Below, piece after piece: positions 15,441-22,949 of a DNA stretch of 32,000 bases (position 1 is its first letter; every line of letters begins with the position of its first letter). The DNA lies in NCBI GenBank assembly GCA_026396615.1, contig JAPLWK010000004.1, forward strand, positions 10,826-42,825, given 5' to 3'. Under the pieces are notes generated by a model that was not told where the DNA came from, did no database searches, and saw nothing but the letters and a program-made list of their open reading frames with translations. This DNA comes from a candidate division WWE3 bacterium (GTDB lineage Bacteria > Patescibacteriota > WWE3 > JAPLWK01). The position numbers and the translations under genes are program-made.

Positions 15441-15448
15441 TTCTCTCC

Positions 15449-15820
15449 TTAAAACCATTTGTAAAAACCCAAAAGCCAGATCTGGATGTACCCGAAGGCA
15501 AAGAGCCCAGAGTTAGGCTTATTAAACGAAATCCACAGCGGTAGCAAACAAAGCCAAGCAAAACACACTGGCCACCAAAACCAAGCGATGCTCCAGTCAG
15601 CGTGAAGTGTGAAGATCTGACTTAAGATTGGCGCCGGTAAGATGAATTCCCGAGTGGTCCAGGCTACGTCCCCAGTTATGACAGCCAGCAAGTAGTAAAA
15701 CTGCTTGCCGACAGGCATTATAAGGAATAACAGTAGAATCCACCGTAATGGTTTCCACACAATTACGCCGCGATAACCCTTCCGTAACCAAGCCAAGAGA
15801 CTACCTAGTATTTGGAGCAT
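15449..15820 (-). CDS. Trp-rich polytopic membrane protein, 123 aa
   Basis: Hydrophobic segments, for example WSIAWFWWPVCFAWLCLLPLWISF. ATG 15820 is preceded by GGGGAGG with a 6-nt spacer. It overlaps the upstream gene by 20 nt. Confidence 0.65.
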   Translation of the reverse strand: MLQILGSLLAWLRKGYRGVIVWKPLRWILLLFLIMPVGKQFYYLLAVITGDVAWTTREFILPAPILSQIFTLHADWSIAWFWWPVCFAWLCLLPLWISFNKPNSGLFAFGYIQIWLLGFYKWF

Positions 15821-16874
15821 TTGTTGCCTCCCCACCAGTGGTTGGTGTTAACTCTTCCCGCCGTTCTGTGGCTGCCTGACTTTCTGAAGCCACCCTAGCA
15901 CCTACAGACATAGAATCTGCAATTGTTTGTGCCACCATTAAAAATCCTGCGAAAAGTGGCGGTAGTTTGGTAGAAGCAGCGAAATTGTTTAATTCCTCTG
16001 CATGCCTCATGATTTGGCCCTTAGATGCGGCTTCAGCTTGATCAGCCGCCGACATATCTACATTCCCGACTTGAACCGAGTGTATTAGAGCCCCACATCT
16101 CGTTACTAACTGAAACATCGGTTCTTTACCGGTAATCCTAGACAAAAAGCTGCGAAATCTTTCCGGTTTGTCTGATGCCATGCTGCCAGCTAAGTTTTGG
16201 GCAACACCCTCTATCACTTGACCGTATAACCCCTTAGCGAGATCCCAACCTTTAAAAACGGTTAGTGCAGATGGTGATAACCCTCTTTTTAAGATTACCG
16301 TTATCTTTACCGAGGCCTTTCTGGCATCCAGAAAAACAATCTCCGGCTCAACAGTAAAAGTTTCGGAAGCGCCCTCAACTCTTACTTGTCGCCGCCAGAA
16401 GTTTATACACAACGGTATCGATAACAAGGTTACAATGAAATAAAACCACGGGATATGTGAGACTGTAGAAAATGTCGATGACACTGAATCTAAAACGTTG
16501 TTCACCACTGGAGAACCAGTAGTAGCTGCTACTTCCGAGACTGCCTTAGTCGCCGAAACTTTCGGAGTGCCGTTAGCGGTTTGTGTAACTGTAACCTGGG
16601 GCGTTAACTGTTTAAAGTACACCACCTGATCACAAGTCACACTTTCGACCGTTTTAGAGCACAACTGAATCGCCAAAGTGCCGGAAATCTCCTCCTTAAA
16701 GAAAGATCCAGCATCAATATTGTTTTGATTTAAAACTCCCAAACGCGTCTTTAGAGTTGGCTCCTTGTAGTAAAAAGCACCAATCTGCTGCTTTAGACCA
16801 TCTTCTGAGCCTAAAACACTACACCCGGAAGTTAATCCGAGTAGAAAAAATGACAACAAGATTATTTTTCTCAC
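15801..16874 (-). CDS. putative lipoprotein with a central TM segment and a ~200-aa C-terminal domain
   Basis: GTG start with AAGGAG SD. Signal peptide plus lipobox-like LTSGC (MRKIILLSFFLLGLTSGCS). Internal TM IPWFYFIVTLLSIPLCINFW. The C-terminal domain is unassigned. Confidence 0.7.
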   Translation of the reverse strand: MRKIILLSFFLLGLTSGCSVLGSEDGLKQQIGAFYYKEPTLKTRLGVLNQNNIDAGSFFKEEISGTLAIQLCSKTVESVTCDQVVYFKQLTPQVTVTQTANGTPKVSATKAVSEVAATTGSPVVNNVLDSVSSTFSTVSHIPWFYFIVTLLSIPLCINFWRRQVRVEGASETFTVEPEIVFLDARKASVKITVILKRGLSPSALTVFKGWDLAKGLYGQVIEGVAQNLAGSMASDKPERFRSFLSRITGKEPMFQLVTRCGALIHSVQVGNVDMSAADQAEAASKGQIMRHAEELNNFAASTKLPPLFAGFLMVAQTIADSMSVGARVASESQAATERREELTPTTGGEATNAPNTR

Positions 16875-16882
16875 GAATCTCC

Positions 16883-17809
16883 TTAACGCTGAGGTTGAGA
16901 TGAGTCAAAAGGTGTAGCTTGATTATTATCCGGGATCAAGTGTTTTACCAGCAAAGCCCCGATTAAAAACAAACAGCCAATCGCCGCTAAACTTAAACCT
17001 TCAGAGTAACCAAAAATAGATACCACCGAAGCAATAATACCTGGCGCATCTACAATGGCGTACCTTACAGTGGCCGCGGCACTTGAACCGACATCGGTCA
17101 CTACCGGCGCCGGAACGGATCTAGTAAGTGACGCTTTTATACTAGCTGGGCTTTGATTGTTCCCAACCATAAAGATAGCCACCAAAATCCCACAACCAAG
17201 TACAGTAGAAATCAGTTTGAAGAATCTAGACGTACCTGACGAACGGAAAATAATGTAAGTCACTAAAGCCACAACCCCACTCGGTATTAAGGCCATTAAA
17301 CCACGTACTGGCTGATTAAAGTTATAACCAGCTTGTGAGGAAAAGGCCAAAAAAACCAAAAACGTTCCCACACCGGCACAAACAACCCACACCAAGCCTT
17401 TAATATTGCTTGAAGCTGCCGTGTATGTACCCTTAACAGTCTTCATTGCACTAGCTCGGCCATTCTTACTTACGATGATCCAAACTAGAATCGCTAAGAA
17501 GAAGAGGACTAAAAACACTGGCCACGCTGCCACAACCCCATCAACAAAAGAGCGAGTCCCCGGTGTTGCGGATTTTATGGTTTGACCAGCTTGCGTGGCT
17601 ATCTTCCCAGTGCTTACAGGCACACTAGGGTCAAGGATGGCCTTAAAAATTATGGTTAGAGCTGTTCCGGCGAAATTGTTTAGCTTATACAGTATTGGAA
17701 CAACTACTGGGGGTGGAGATAAAGATTCCACCGCTGACGGCACCGCGATTGCCAAAATTACAACCAAGATTAAAAGGCCTCGAACAAACCTAAATAACTT
17801 ACCAAACAT
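16883..17809 (-). CDS. polytopic membrane protein, 308 aa (about 6-7 TM)
   Basis: SD AAAGGAG, an N-terminal signal/anchor and repeated hydrophobic segments. No recognised family motif. Confidence 0.7.
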   Translation of the reverse strand: MFGKLFRFVRGLLILVVILAIAVPSAVESLSPPPVVVPILYKLNNFAGTALTIIFKAILDPSVPVSTGKIATQAGQTIKSATPGTRSFVDGVVAAWPVFLVLFFLAILVWIIVSKNGRASAMKTVKGTYTAASSNIKGLVWVVCAGVGTFLVFLAFSSQAGYNFNQPVRGLMALIPSGVVALVTYIIFRSSGTSRFFKLISTVLGCGILVAIFMVGNNQSPASIKASLTRSVPAPVVTDVGSSAAATVRYAIVDAPGIIASVVSIFGYSEGLSLAAIGCLFLIGALLVKHLIPDNNQATPFDSSQPQR

Positions 17810-17910
17810 TTTATATCTCCTTTGACATAAATCCTCTTTTCAGAAGACTCATAATTAACTAACATTTTGATATACACTTTTCAAAGTGCGACGTGACGAA
17901 CAACGACTAG

Positions 17911-17944
17911 ACAAACAAAAACCCCATAAGTATATTTCTGGGGT
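17911..17944 (-). terminator. terminator-like hairpin in the leader of the membrane operon
   Basis: Minus-strand ACCCCA-12 nt-TGGGGT followed by TTTTGTTTG. It lies about 100 nt upstream of ATG 17809. Confidence 0.4.
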
Positions 17945-17971
17945 CTTGTCTCTCCTATTTCATTAACAAAC

Positions 17972-18000
17972 CTTATAGCACGGGCATATAGAGACGTCAA
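17972..18000 (-). promoter_or_regulatory. sigma70-like promoter facing the membrane operon
   Basis: Minus-strand TTGACG (18000-17995), 17-bp spacer, TATAAG (17977-17972). Confidence 0.45.
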
Positions 18001-18024
18001 ATGTGATAACGTATATATTTAACC

Positions 18025-18054
18025 AATCGAGGACGCATCATGATGCGTCCCTAC
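18025..18054. repeat. 30-nt palindromic element (GAGGACGCATC family), intergenic copy
   Basis: AATCGAGGACGCATCATGATGCGTCCCTAC contains a perfect 20-bp palindrome (18031-18050). It lies between two divergent promoters. Confidence 0.85.
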
Positions 18055-18083
18055 TTGATTCGACTACGCAGGTTTGCTATATT
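18055..18083 (+). promoter_or_regulatory. rpmE promoter
   Basis: TTGATT (18055-18060), 17-bp spacer, TATATT (18078-18083). GTG 18091 follows 7 nt later. Confidence 0.5.
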
Positions 18084-18090
18084 GAACCCT

Positions 18091-18393
18091 GTGAAAGACG
18101 CTATTCATCCCAAATGGTACCCCGACGCTAAAATAACCTGCGCCTGCGGCACCGAATATACGGTTGGATCCACGGTACAAAAAGCCACAGTTGAGCTTTG
18201 CAGTAAGTGCCACCCTGTTTATACGGGTGTTGAAAAGATTGTAGACATTGAAGGTCGGGTTGAAAAATTTGCTAAGAAACGAGCGGCTGCTGAAGCGGCT
18301 GGTAAAAACACTAAGTCTAAAAAAGTTGAGGCTAAAGGCGATAACACCCCCAAAACCCTGCGCGAGATGCTGGCTGAAGGCAAGAAATCCTAA
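18091..18393 (+). CDS. rpmE: 50S ribosomal protein L31 with a Lys/Ala-rich C-terminal extension
   Basis: (V/M)KDAIHPKWY...CACG...CSKCHPVYTG matches L31. Start set at GTG 18091, which corresponds to the canonical MKKxIHP N-terminus; the ATG at 18040 lies inside the palindrome and upstream of the promoter. Confidence 0.85.
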   Translation: MKDAIHPKWYPDAKITCACGTEYTVGSTVQKATVELCSKCHPVYTGVEKIVDIEGRVEKFAKKRAAAEAAGKNTKSKKVEAKGDNTPKTLREMLAEGKKS

Positions 18394-18402
18394 ATAACTC
18401 TC

Positions 18403-18440
18403 GTCATTCCGGGCTTGACCCGGAATCTAGTAACTGGATT
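18403..18440. repeat. MITE/REP-like element, left arm plus truncated right arm (copy 2)
   Basis: GTCATTCCGGGCTTGACCCGGAATCTAGTAACTGGATT, between convergent rpmE and prfA. Confidence 0.85.
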
Positions 18441-18451
18441 ATGAATCAAGT

Positions 18452-19339
18452 TCAGAATGACGAATTTGGAATTTCTCCGTTCATAATTTTCGCCAAATTG
18501 TGCCAGCTCTCCCCTATTCGGTGGTCAGTTAACCTGTCTTGAGGGAAGTTATACGTCTTTATCTTCTCACTGCGATCTCCGCGACCAATTTGAGATGACC
18601 GAAGTTCAGAGAGCCTAGCTGTTTGCTGCTCTTGCATCAAAGTGTACAATTTTGACCGCAGCATTTGCTCCGCAATGATTCGATTCTGAGCCTGAAAGCG
18701 CTCTTCCACGCACTCAACAACCACGCCGGTCGGTTTGTGAGTTAAACGAACGCCAGTTTCCACCTTGTTAACATTCTGGCCGCCATGGCCCCCACCACGA
18801 AAGAAAGCGATTTCAAGATCTGCCGGATTTAGCTCAACTTCCACCGGCGACACCACCGGCATCACAGCGACAGTGGCGGTTGAGGTGTGAACACGACCAT
18901 ATTTCTCGGTAGTGGGTACACGTTGTACTCTGTGAACTCCCGATTCACTCTTCAAAAGCGAATAGCAATTTGATCCCTTTATTTTAATTGTTTTAGTTCT
19001 TCCGCTATCGATAGCAGACACTTTCCAATTTTTAATTTGAGCATATTTTGTGTACATCCCAGCTAATTCCTCTGCAAATATTGAGGCTTCATCGCCACCG
19101 GTACCGGCTCTAATTTCCACGAAACACTCATTCACACTTTCGGTTGCGACAGCGATTTCAATCTTCGCTTCCATAGGATGATTTTTAAGATTTTCTAAAT
19201 AAGCAATCTTTTGTTTAATATCTATAACCTCGTCAGTAAATAAACGACTTAGTTCCGTGTCAGTTTCTGACGCAGACAAAATCTCAGTTTCAGTAAGTTT
19301 TAGGCGCAGGTTTACTAATTCCTGTTCAACGTAATCCAT
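18452..19339 (-). CDS. prfA: peptide chain release factor 1
   Basis: GGQ motif ([20 protein letters not shown]) and the RF1-type PxT tripeptide region [17 protein letters not shown]. Start set at ATG 19339, with TATAAT 9 nt upstream; the ORF-track start at 19360 is an alternative. Confidence 0.9.
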   Translation of the reverse strand: MDYVEQELVNLRLKLTETEILSASETDTELSRLFTDEVIDIKQKIAYLENLKNHPMEAKIEIAVATESVNECFVEIRAGTGGDEASIFAEELAGMYTKYAQIKNWKVSAIDSGRTKTIKIKGSNCYSLLKSESGVHRVQRVPTTEKYGRVHTSTATVAVMPVVSPVEVELNPADLEIAFFRGGGHGGQNVNKVETGVRLTHKPTGVVVECVEERFQAQNRIIAEQMLRSKLYTLMQEQQTARLSELRSSQIGRGDRSEKIKTYNFPQDRLTDHRIGESWHNLAKIMNGEIPNSSF

Positions 19340-19368
19340 AATTAAACCATTATATCGCATTATCGGGA

Positions 19369-19761
19369 TTGAGGACGGGGCACGCCCCGTCCTCGGTCAT
19401 CACCTCATTCAAGAATGCCTGGAACGGCCTTGTCTACACGTTTAAAACTCAGCCTAACTTTAAAATCCACTGTTTCGCAGCGTTAGCGGTGACCGCTCTG
19501 ACCCTAATTCTAAAGGTAAATCTTGATAAATATTTAGTCCTTCTAATAATGGTTGTTCTGGTGATGACAGCCGAGCTCTTTAATACTAGCCTCGAGGCCA
19601 CTACCGACGCTCATAAGCTCATTAAAAAGACGCCAGAGGAAGATCGCTTAATTGGTGTGGCCAAGGACGTGGCCGCGGGGGCTGTTCTCGTGACGGCAAT
19701 TGGAGCGGTGGTTGTAGGTTTGTTAATCTTCCTACCGTACATATTGTCATTCCGGGCTTGA
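19369..19761 (+). CDS. dgkA: diacylglycerol/undecaprenol kinase family membrane protein
   Basis: [30 protein letters not shown] and [10 protein letters not shown] are DgkA-like, with three TM segments. TTG start. The last 5 codons and the stop are supplied by the repeat element. Confidence 0.8.
   Translation: MRTGHAPSSVITSFKNAWNGLVYTFKTQPNFKIHCFAALAVTALTLILKVNLDKYLVLLIMVVLVMTAELFNTSLEATTDAHKLIKKTPEEDRLIGVAKDVAAGAVLVTAIGAVVVGLLIFLPYILSFRA
19371..19394. repeat. GC-rich hairpin related to the GAGGACG palindrome family
   Basis: GAGGACGGGG-cacg-CCCCGTCCTC, a 10-bp stem between the prfA promoter region and the first codons of dgkA. Confidence 0.7.
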
Positions 19762-19805
19762 CCCGGAATCCAGTTACTAGATTCCGGCTCTGGGGCCGGA
19801 ATGAC
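19746..19805. repeat. MITE/REP-like element, both arms fused (copy 3)
   Basis: GTCATTCCGGGCTTGACCCGGAATCCAGTTACTAGATTCCGGCTCTGGGGCCGGAATGAC, with 10-bp terminal inverted repeats. Confidence 0.9.
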
Positions 19806-19815
19806 ATGAAAACCT

Positions 19816-20415
19816 ATGACACTTCCTAAAAGTATCCAAAACCTCGTTGACAGCTTAGAGTCCCTGCCCGGGATTGGCCCTAAAACCGCCCAGCGGCTAA
19901 CTTTCTACCTTTTAAGAATGCCCCAAATGGAACTGGAGCGATTTAGCCAGAATCTTATTGACCTGAAACTCAAGACCGTCATCTGCCAAACTTGTTTTAA
20001 TATTGACGAAATCAATCCCTGCAGAATATGCGGTGACAGCAGCCGTAACCGGAACATTATCTGTGTGGTGGCTACCCCTTTAGACGTAATAGCTTTAGAA
20101 AAGTCTAATTTTAAAGGTGTTTATCACGTCCTCGGCGGCCTAATTGACCCTCTCAACCGCGTGGGACCAGAGGACCTAAAAATCGATGAACTAAAAAGCC
20201 GATTAACTAGTCAATCATCAATAGAATTAATCCTGGCCACCAACCCAACCATGGAAGGTGAAGCAACGGCGATGTACATTCAACGGATTCTCAAAGGTCT
20301 ACCGGTGAAGATGACGAGAATTGGGAGAGGATTACCAATTGGCAGTGATATTGAGTACGCGGATGAGGGAACGCTGGCTAGAGCACTTGAGGGAAGAAGA
20401 GAAGTAGAAGAATAA
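19816..20415 (+). CDS. recR: recombination protein RecR
   Basis: HhH LPGIGPKTAQRLTFYLL, zinc finger CQTCFNIDEINPCRIC and Toprim region ICVVATPLDV. Confidence 0.95.
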   Translation: MTLPKSIQNLVDSLESLPGIGPKTAQRLTFYLLRMPQMELERFSQNLIDLKLKTVICQTCFNIDEINPCRICGDSSRNRNIICVVATPLDVIALEKSNFKGVYHVLGGLIDPLNRVGPEDLKIDELKSRLTSQSSIELILATNPTMEGEATAMYIQRILKGLPVKMTRIGRGLPIGSDIEYADEGTLARALEGRREVEE

Positions 20416-20420
20416 CACTT

Positions 20421-20451
20421 GTCATTCCGGGCTTGACCCGGAATCCAGTAA
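20421..20451. repeat. MITE/REP-like element, solo arm (copy 4)
   Basis: GTCATTCCGGGCTTGACCCGGAATCCAGTAA, 5 nt after the recR stop, between convergent recR and dnaX. Confidence 0.85.
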
Positions 20452-20511
20452 CAAATTGTTATAACGCTCGTTTCACTCGCTACCAATTACCGAGGCAATA
20501 ATTGTAAAAAT

Positions 20512-21960
20512 TTACAGATTAACGTCCCCATTAAACGTCGCCGTCGCCTTTTTGCTGCTCTCTTTTAACTTATCGGCATCGGTCAAGACTTTTTTAGCAA
20601 TAATGCACTTGTAGGTGACCCGCGTCCCCAGCACTTCTGACAATACTTTAGCGACGATTGAAAAGTTAGTCGCCTCTTGCAACTTTTCCTGATGAAATTT
20701 AAACGGTACGCCGATGACAATGACGTTGCCCTCTTCGACTTCTTGCACAAAACACGACCGCAGCACTGCTTCCAAAGAGTGGTTATAAGGTTTTACAGCT
20801 TCTAAAAACGCGTCCCACTTGGTTTTAACTTGGGGTAAAGTTAGCACTACGTCAAGTTTAGCCGGAGCCTCAGCTTTAGTTACTGTTTTAATAACTTTCA
20901 CATTACACTTATCAACAACCACTCCCTTATCAGACCCGATTACTTCCAGCACCGCAACTTCTAAAGGAAGTTGCGGAATCACTGCCTGCTTTAAATGCTC
21001 GTGGGCCTTCATAAATGAGTCCAGATATTTAGCAATCGTGGCTTCCGGTTTCGGGCCGAGTAGCTTAACTTGATCTTCAAAATCAGTCCCTACTCCAGCC
21101 GCCGTCAACATCATTTTCCGCAGATACTCTAGTAACTCGCGTGTCCAAGCAGATAACTCTGCCCCACTCTCGTAAACTTCATTAACAATAGTGATCGCCG
21201 CCTTAGTATTAGAGGTGACGAGACTAGCCACAAACTCCGCAATTCGCGAATCACTGGCCATTCCCAAAGCTTCTTTAGGACTGACTCCGCCGCTAATGAC
21301 AGATTCCAGCAAAGTCTCTGCATCTCTGAATCCTCCAGCTGCAGACTGCGCGATTAACTCTAGATTTTCCTCGCTTATCTTCTTGCCTTCCTCTTTGGCA
21401 ATAGTTGACAGTTTAGCGACCAGGTCTGATGTCGTGGCCCGCTTAAACTCAAACTTCTGACAACGGCTTTTAATAGTGGCCGGCACTTTTTGAGGATCTG
21501 TTGTAGCTAAAATAAAAGCGGCGTGCTTGGGAGGCTCTTCTAGAGTCTTAAGCAGGGCATTAAAGGCTTCAGTAGTGAGCATGTGGACTTCATCAATAAT
21601 ATAAACCTTAAACTTTCCCGATGACGGAGCCAACTTAATCTTCTCTCGTAGATCTCGAATATCGTCAATACCACGATTAGAAGCCGCATCGATTTCGATG
21701 AGGTCCAAAAAACGACCATCCGCAATGTCTTTACAATTAGCGCAAGACCCGCAAGGCTCAGAATTTTTTCCGGGTTTAAGGCAGTTTAAAGCTTTGGCAA
21801 CGAGCCTCGCGGTCGTTGTCTTTCCTGTTCCTCGTGGACCGTAGAAAAACAGAGCTTGCGGCGTATCGCCCTCAGAGATTTGCGTCAGAATCGATTTGGA
21901 AACATTAGAAAGACCAAGAAGTTCGCTAAATTTCTGGGGCCGATACTTAGTGTAAAACAT
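20512..21960 (-). CDS. dnaX: DNA polymerase III subunit gamma/tau
   Basis: Walker A GPRGTGKTT, zinc module CLKPGKNSEPCGSCANC, DEVHMLT and sensor region. Confidence 0.95.
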   Translation of the reverse strand: MFYTKYRPQKFSELLGLSNVSKSILTQISEGDTPQALFFYGPRGTGKTTTARLVAKALNCLKPGKNSEPCGSCANCKDIADGRFLDLIEIDAASNRGIDDIRDLREKIKLAPSSGKFKVYIIDEVHMLTTEAFNALLKTLEEPPKHAAFILATTDPQKVPATIKSRCQKFEFKRATTSDLVAKLSTIAKEEGKKISEENLELIAQSAAGGFRDAETLLESVISGGVSPKEALGMASDSRIAEFVASLVTSNTKAAITIVNEVYESGAELSAWTRELLEYLRKMMLTAAGVGTDFEDQVKLLGPKPEATIAKYLDSFMKAHEHLKQAVIPQLPLEVAVLEVIGSDKGVVVDKCNVKVIKTVTKAEAPAKLDVVLTLPQVKTKWDAFLEAVKPYNHSLEAVLRSCFVQEVEEGNVIVIGVPFKFHQEKLQEATNFSIVAKVLSEVLGTRVTYKCIIAKKVLTDADKLKESSKKATATFNGDVNL

Positions 21961-22088
21961 ATTCGAGATTCAGTGTAACTAAAATTTCGCAAACCGTAAC
22001 CCCTTTTCTTTGTTGTCACAGCGACATCCGTCAACAAATCTCATCTCCAACCATAGTTATTAGTATCCAATTTCTAATTTCTAAAATA

Positions 22089-22122
22089 TTGACACTTTAC
22101 TGCTCGAGCAGCTATTTGTCAG
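22089..22122. repeat. 34-bp dyad unit, conserved subtype (copy B)
   Basis: TTGACACTTTACTGCTCGAGCAGCTATTTGTCAG with the central perfect palindrome CTGCTCGAGCAG, in the dnaX / small-operon divergent region. Confidence 0.85.
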
Positions 22123-22140
22123 TTTTAGTAGTCTGGCGAG

Positions 22141-22167
22141 TTGCAACGGGTGGGAAAAGAGTATAAT
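22141..22167 (+). promoter_or_regulatory. candidate promoter of the three-small-protein operon
   Basis: Consensus TATAAT (22162-22167) with TTGCAA 15 bp upstream, which is a suboptimal spacer. SD AAAGGAGAGG at 22193-22202. Confidence 0.4.
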
Positions 22168-22210
22168 CAGGCAATAAATCGGAGTACATAGTAAAGGAGA
22201 GGTAGAATAA

Positions 22211-22375
22211 ATGGCTAAACTAAGTGGAGCTGAAATAGACGAGCTGCTGAAAACAGAGAGCGTCTGGAACAGTCTGCATGTAGACGTTCGTCGGAGCGGC
22301 GTCCTCCTTGGGCCGCTTATCGTGATTGTTTGTACTGCCCTATTTGCGGCGCTGCTATTCGCGCTGCACCATTAA
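22211..22375 (+). CDS. small tail-anchored membrane protein, 54 aa (below the ORF-track cutoff)
   Basis: MAKLSGAEIDELLKTESVWNSLHVDVRRSGVLLGPLIVIVCTALFAALLFALHH. Strong SD 8 nt upstream and a C-terminal TM. Confidence 0.6.
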   Translation: MAKLSGAEIDELLKTESVWNSLHVDVRRSGVLLGPLIVIVCTALFAALLFALHH

Positions 22376-22387
22376 CCGGAGGAAGAC

Positions 22388-22693
22388 GTGAACATTCAAT
22401 CGAACGTTAATTTGGTTACTAAGCTGGAAGTAGTCGTTGGCAAGACTATTTTGATCATCGTAAGTCTGACTAGCCTGGTCGCTTGCTACATTGGGATGGC
22501 GGCTGTGGTCAAATTCGTCATTGACGCCGTTTTTCCCAGGGAGCTGCAACCGCTAGCCTATTTCTGCGCTGTCGTTAGTGTAGTCGCCCTCACAGTCTTG
22601 CTATTTGGGCTACTAAAGAGTAGCCAACTTGGTGACGAATGGGCGGCCCAAATGTTTGGCGAAATGTGTAAAAAGGAGAAACATGTCGACTAA
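22388..22693 (+). CDS. small two-TM membrane protein, 101 aa
   Basis: GTG start with GGAGGAAG SD 12 nt after the upstream stop. Two hydrophobic segments and a charged C-terminus. Confidence 0.6.
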   Translation: MNIQSNVNLVTKLEVVVGKTILIIVSLTSLVACYIGMAAVVKFVIDAVFPRELQPLAYFCAVVSVVALTVLLFGLLKSSQLGDEWAAQMFGEMCKKEKHVD

Positions 22694-22949
22694 AAATGGC
22701 AATTGGTTAACACGTTTACTTGGTGAACAACCTATCGTGTATCCAATCGTTGACATGAGTCAATGTGGAACATGGCTGGAAAAACATGGCCAATACGATT
22801 TGTGGCAAATGGATTCGGAATTGTGGCAACTGAAATTGTACAATAAAATTATTGAAGTATGGAACCACAGTCCATCTAGAGACGAAATCAATTTCGCTGT
22901 TTGTGTAGATCAAAAAGGGTACGAAGCCGCTGCAGAGGAATTTGGATGA
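22683..22949 (+). CDS. small soluble Trp-rich acidic protein, 88 aa
   Basis: ATG 22683 preceded by AAAGGAG. It overlaps the upstream gene by 11 nt. The ORF-track start at 22629 has no SD. Confidence 0.6.
   Translation: MSTKNGNWLTRLLGEQPIVYPIVDMSQCGTWLEKHGQYDLWQMDSELWQLKLYNKIIEVWNHSPSRDEINFAVCVDQKGYEAAAEEFG

Noticed and set aside
15298-15791. ORF-track entries 15298-15561 and 15597-15791 on the minus strand
   Set aside because: They are alternative frames overlapping the Trp-rich membrane protein gene and the 38-aa microprotein gene, both of which have strong SD sites. These frames have none and encode low-complexity sequence.
18040-18090. Upstream ATG start (18040) giving L31 a 17-aa N-terminal extension
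   Set aside because: The ATG lies inside the 20-bp palindrome and upstream of the TTGATT-17-TATATT promoter. The canonical L31 N-terminus (xKDAIHPKWY) begins at GTG 18091.
19622-19807. 61-aa ORF (MSFRPQSRNL...), with similar short ORFs at 20280-20486 and 29647-29865
   Set aside because: Their N-terminal or internal residues (SFRPQSRNL, GQARNDK, LRVKPAMT) are simply translations of the MITE/REP-like repeat, and the rest overlaps real genes antisense. They have no SD and are repeat-derived artefacts.
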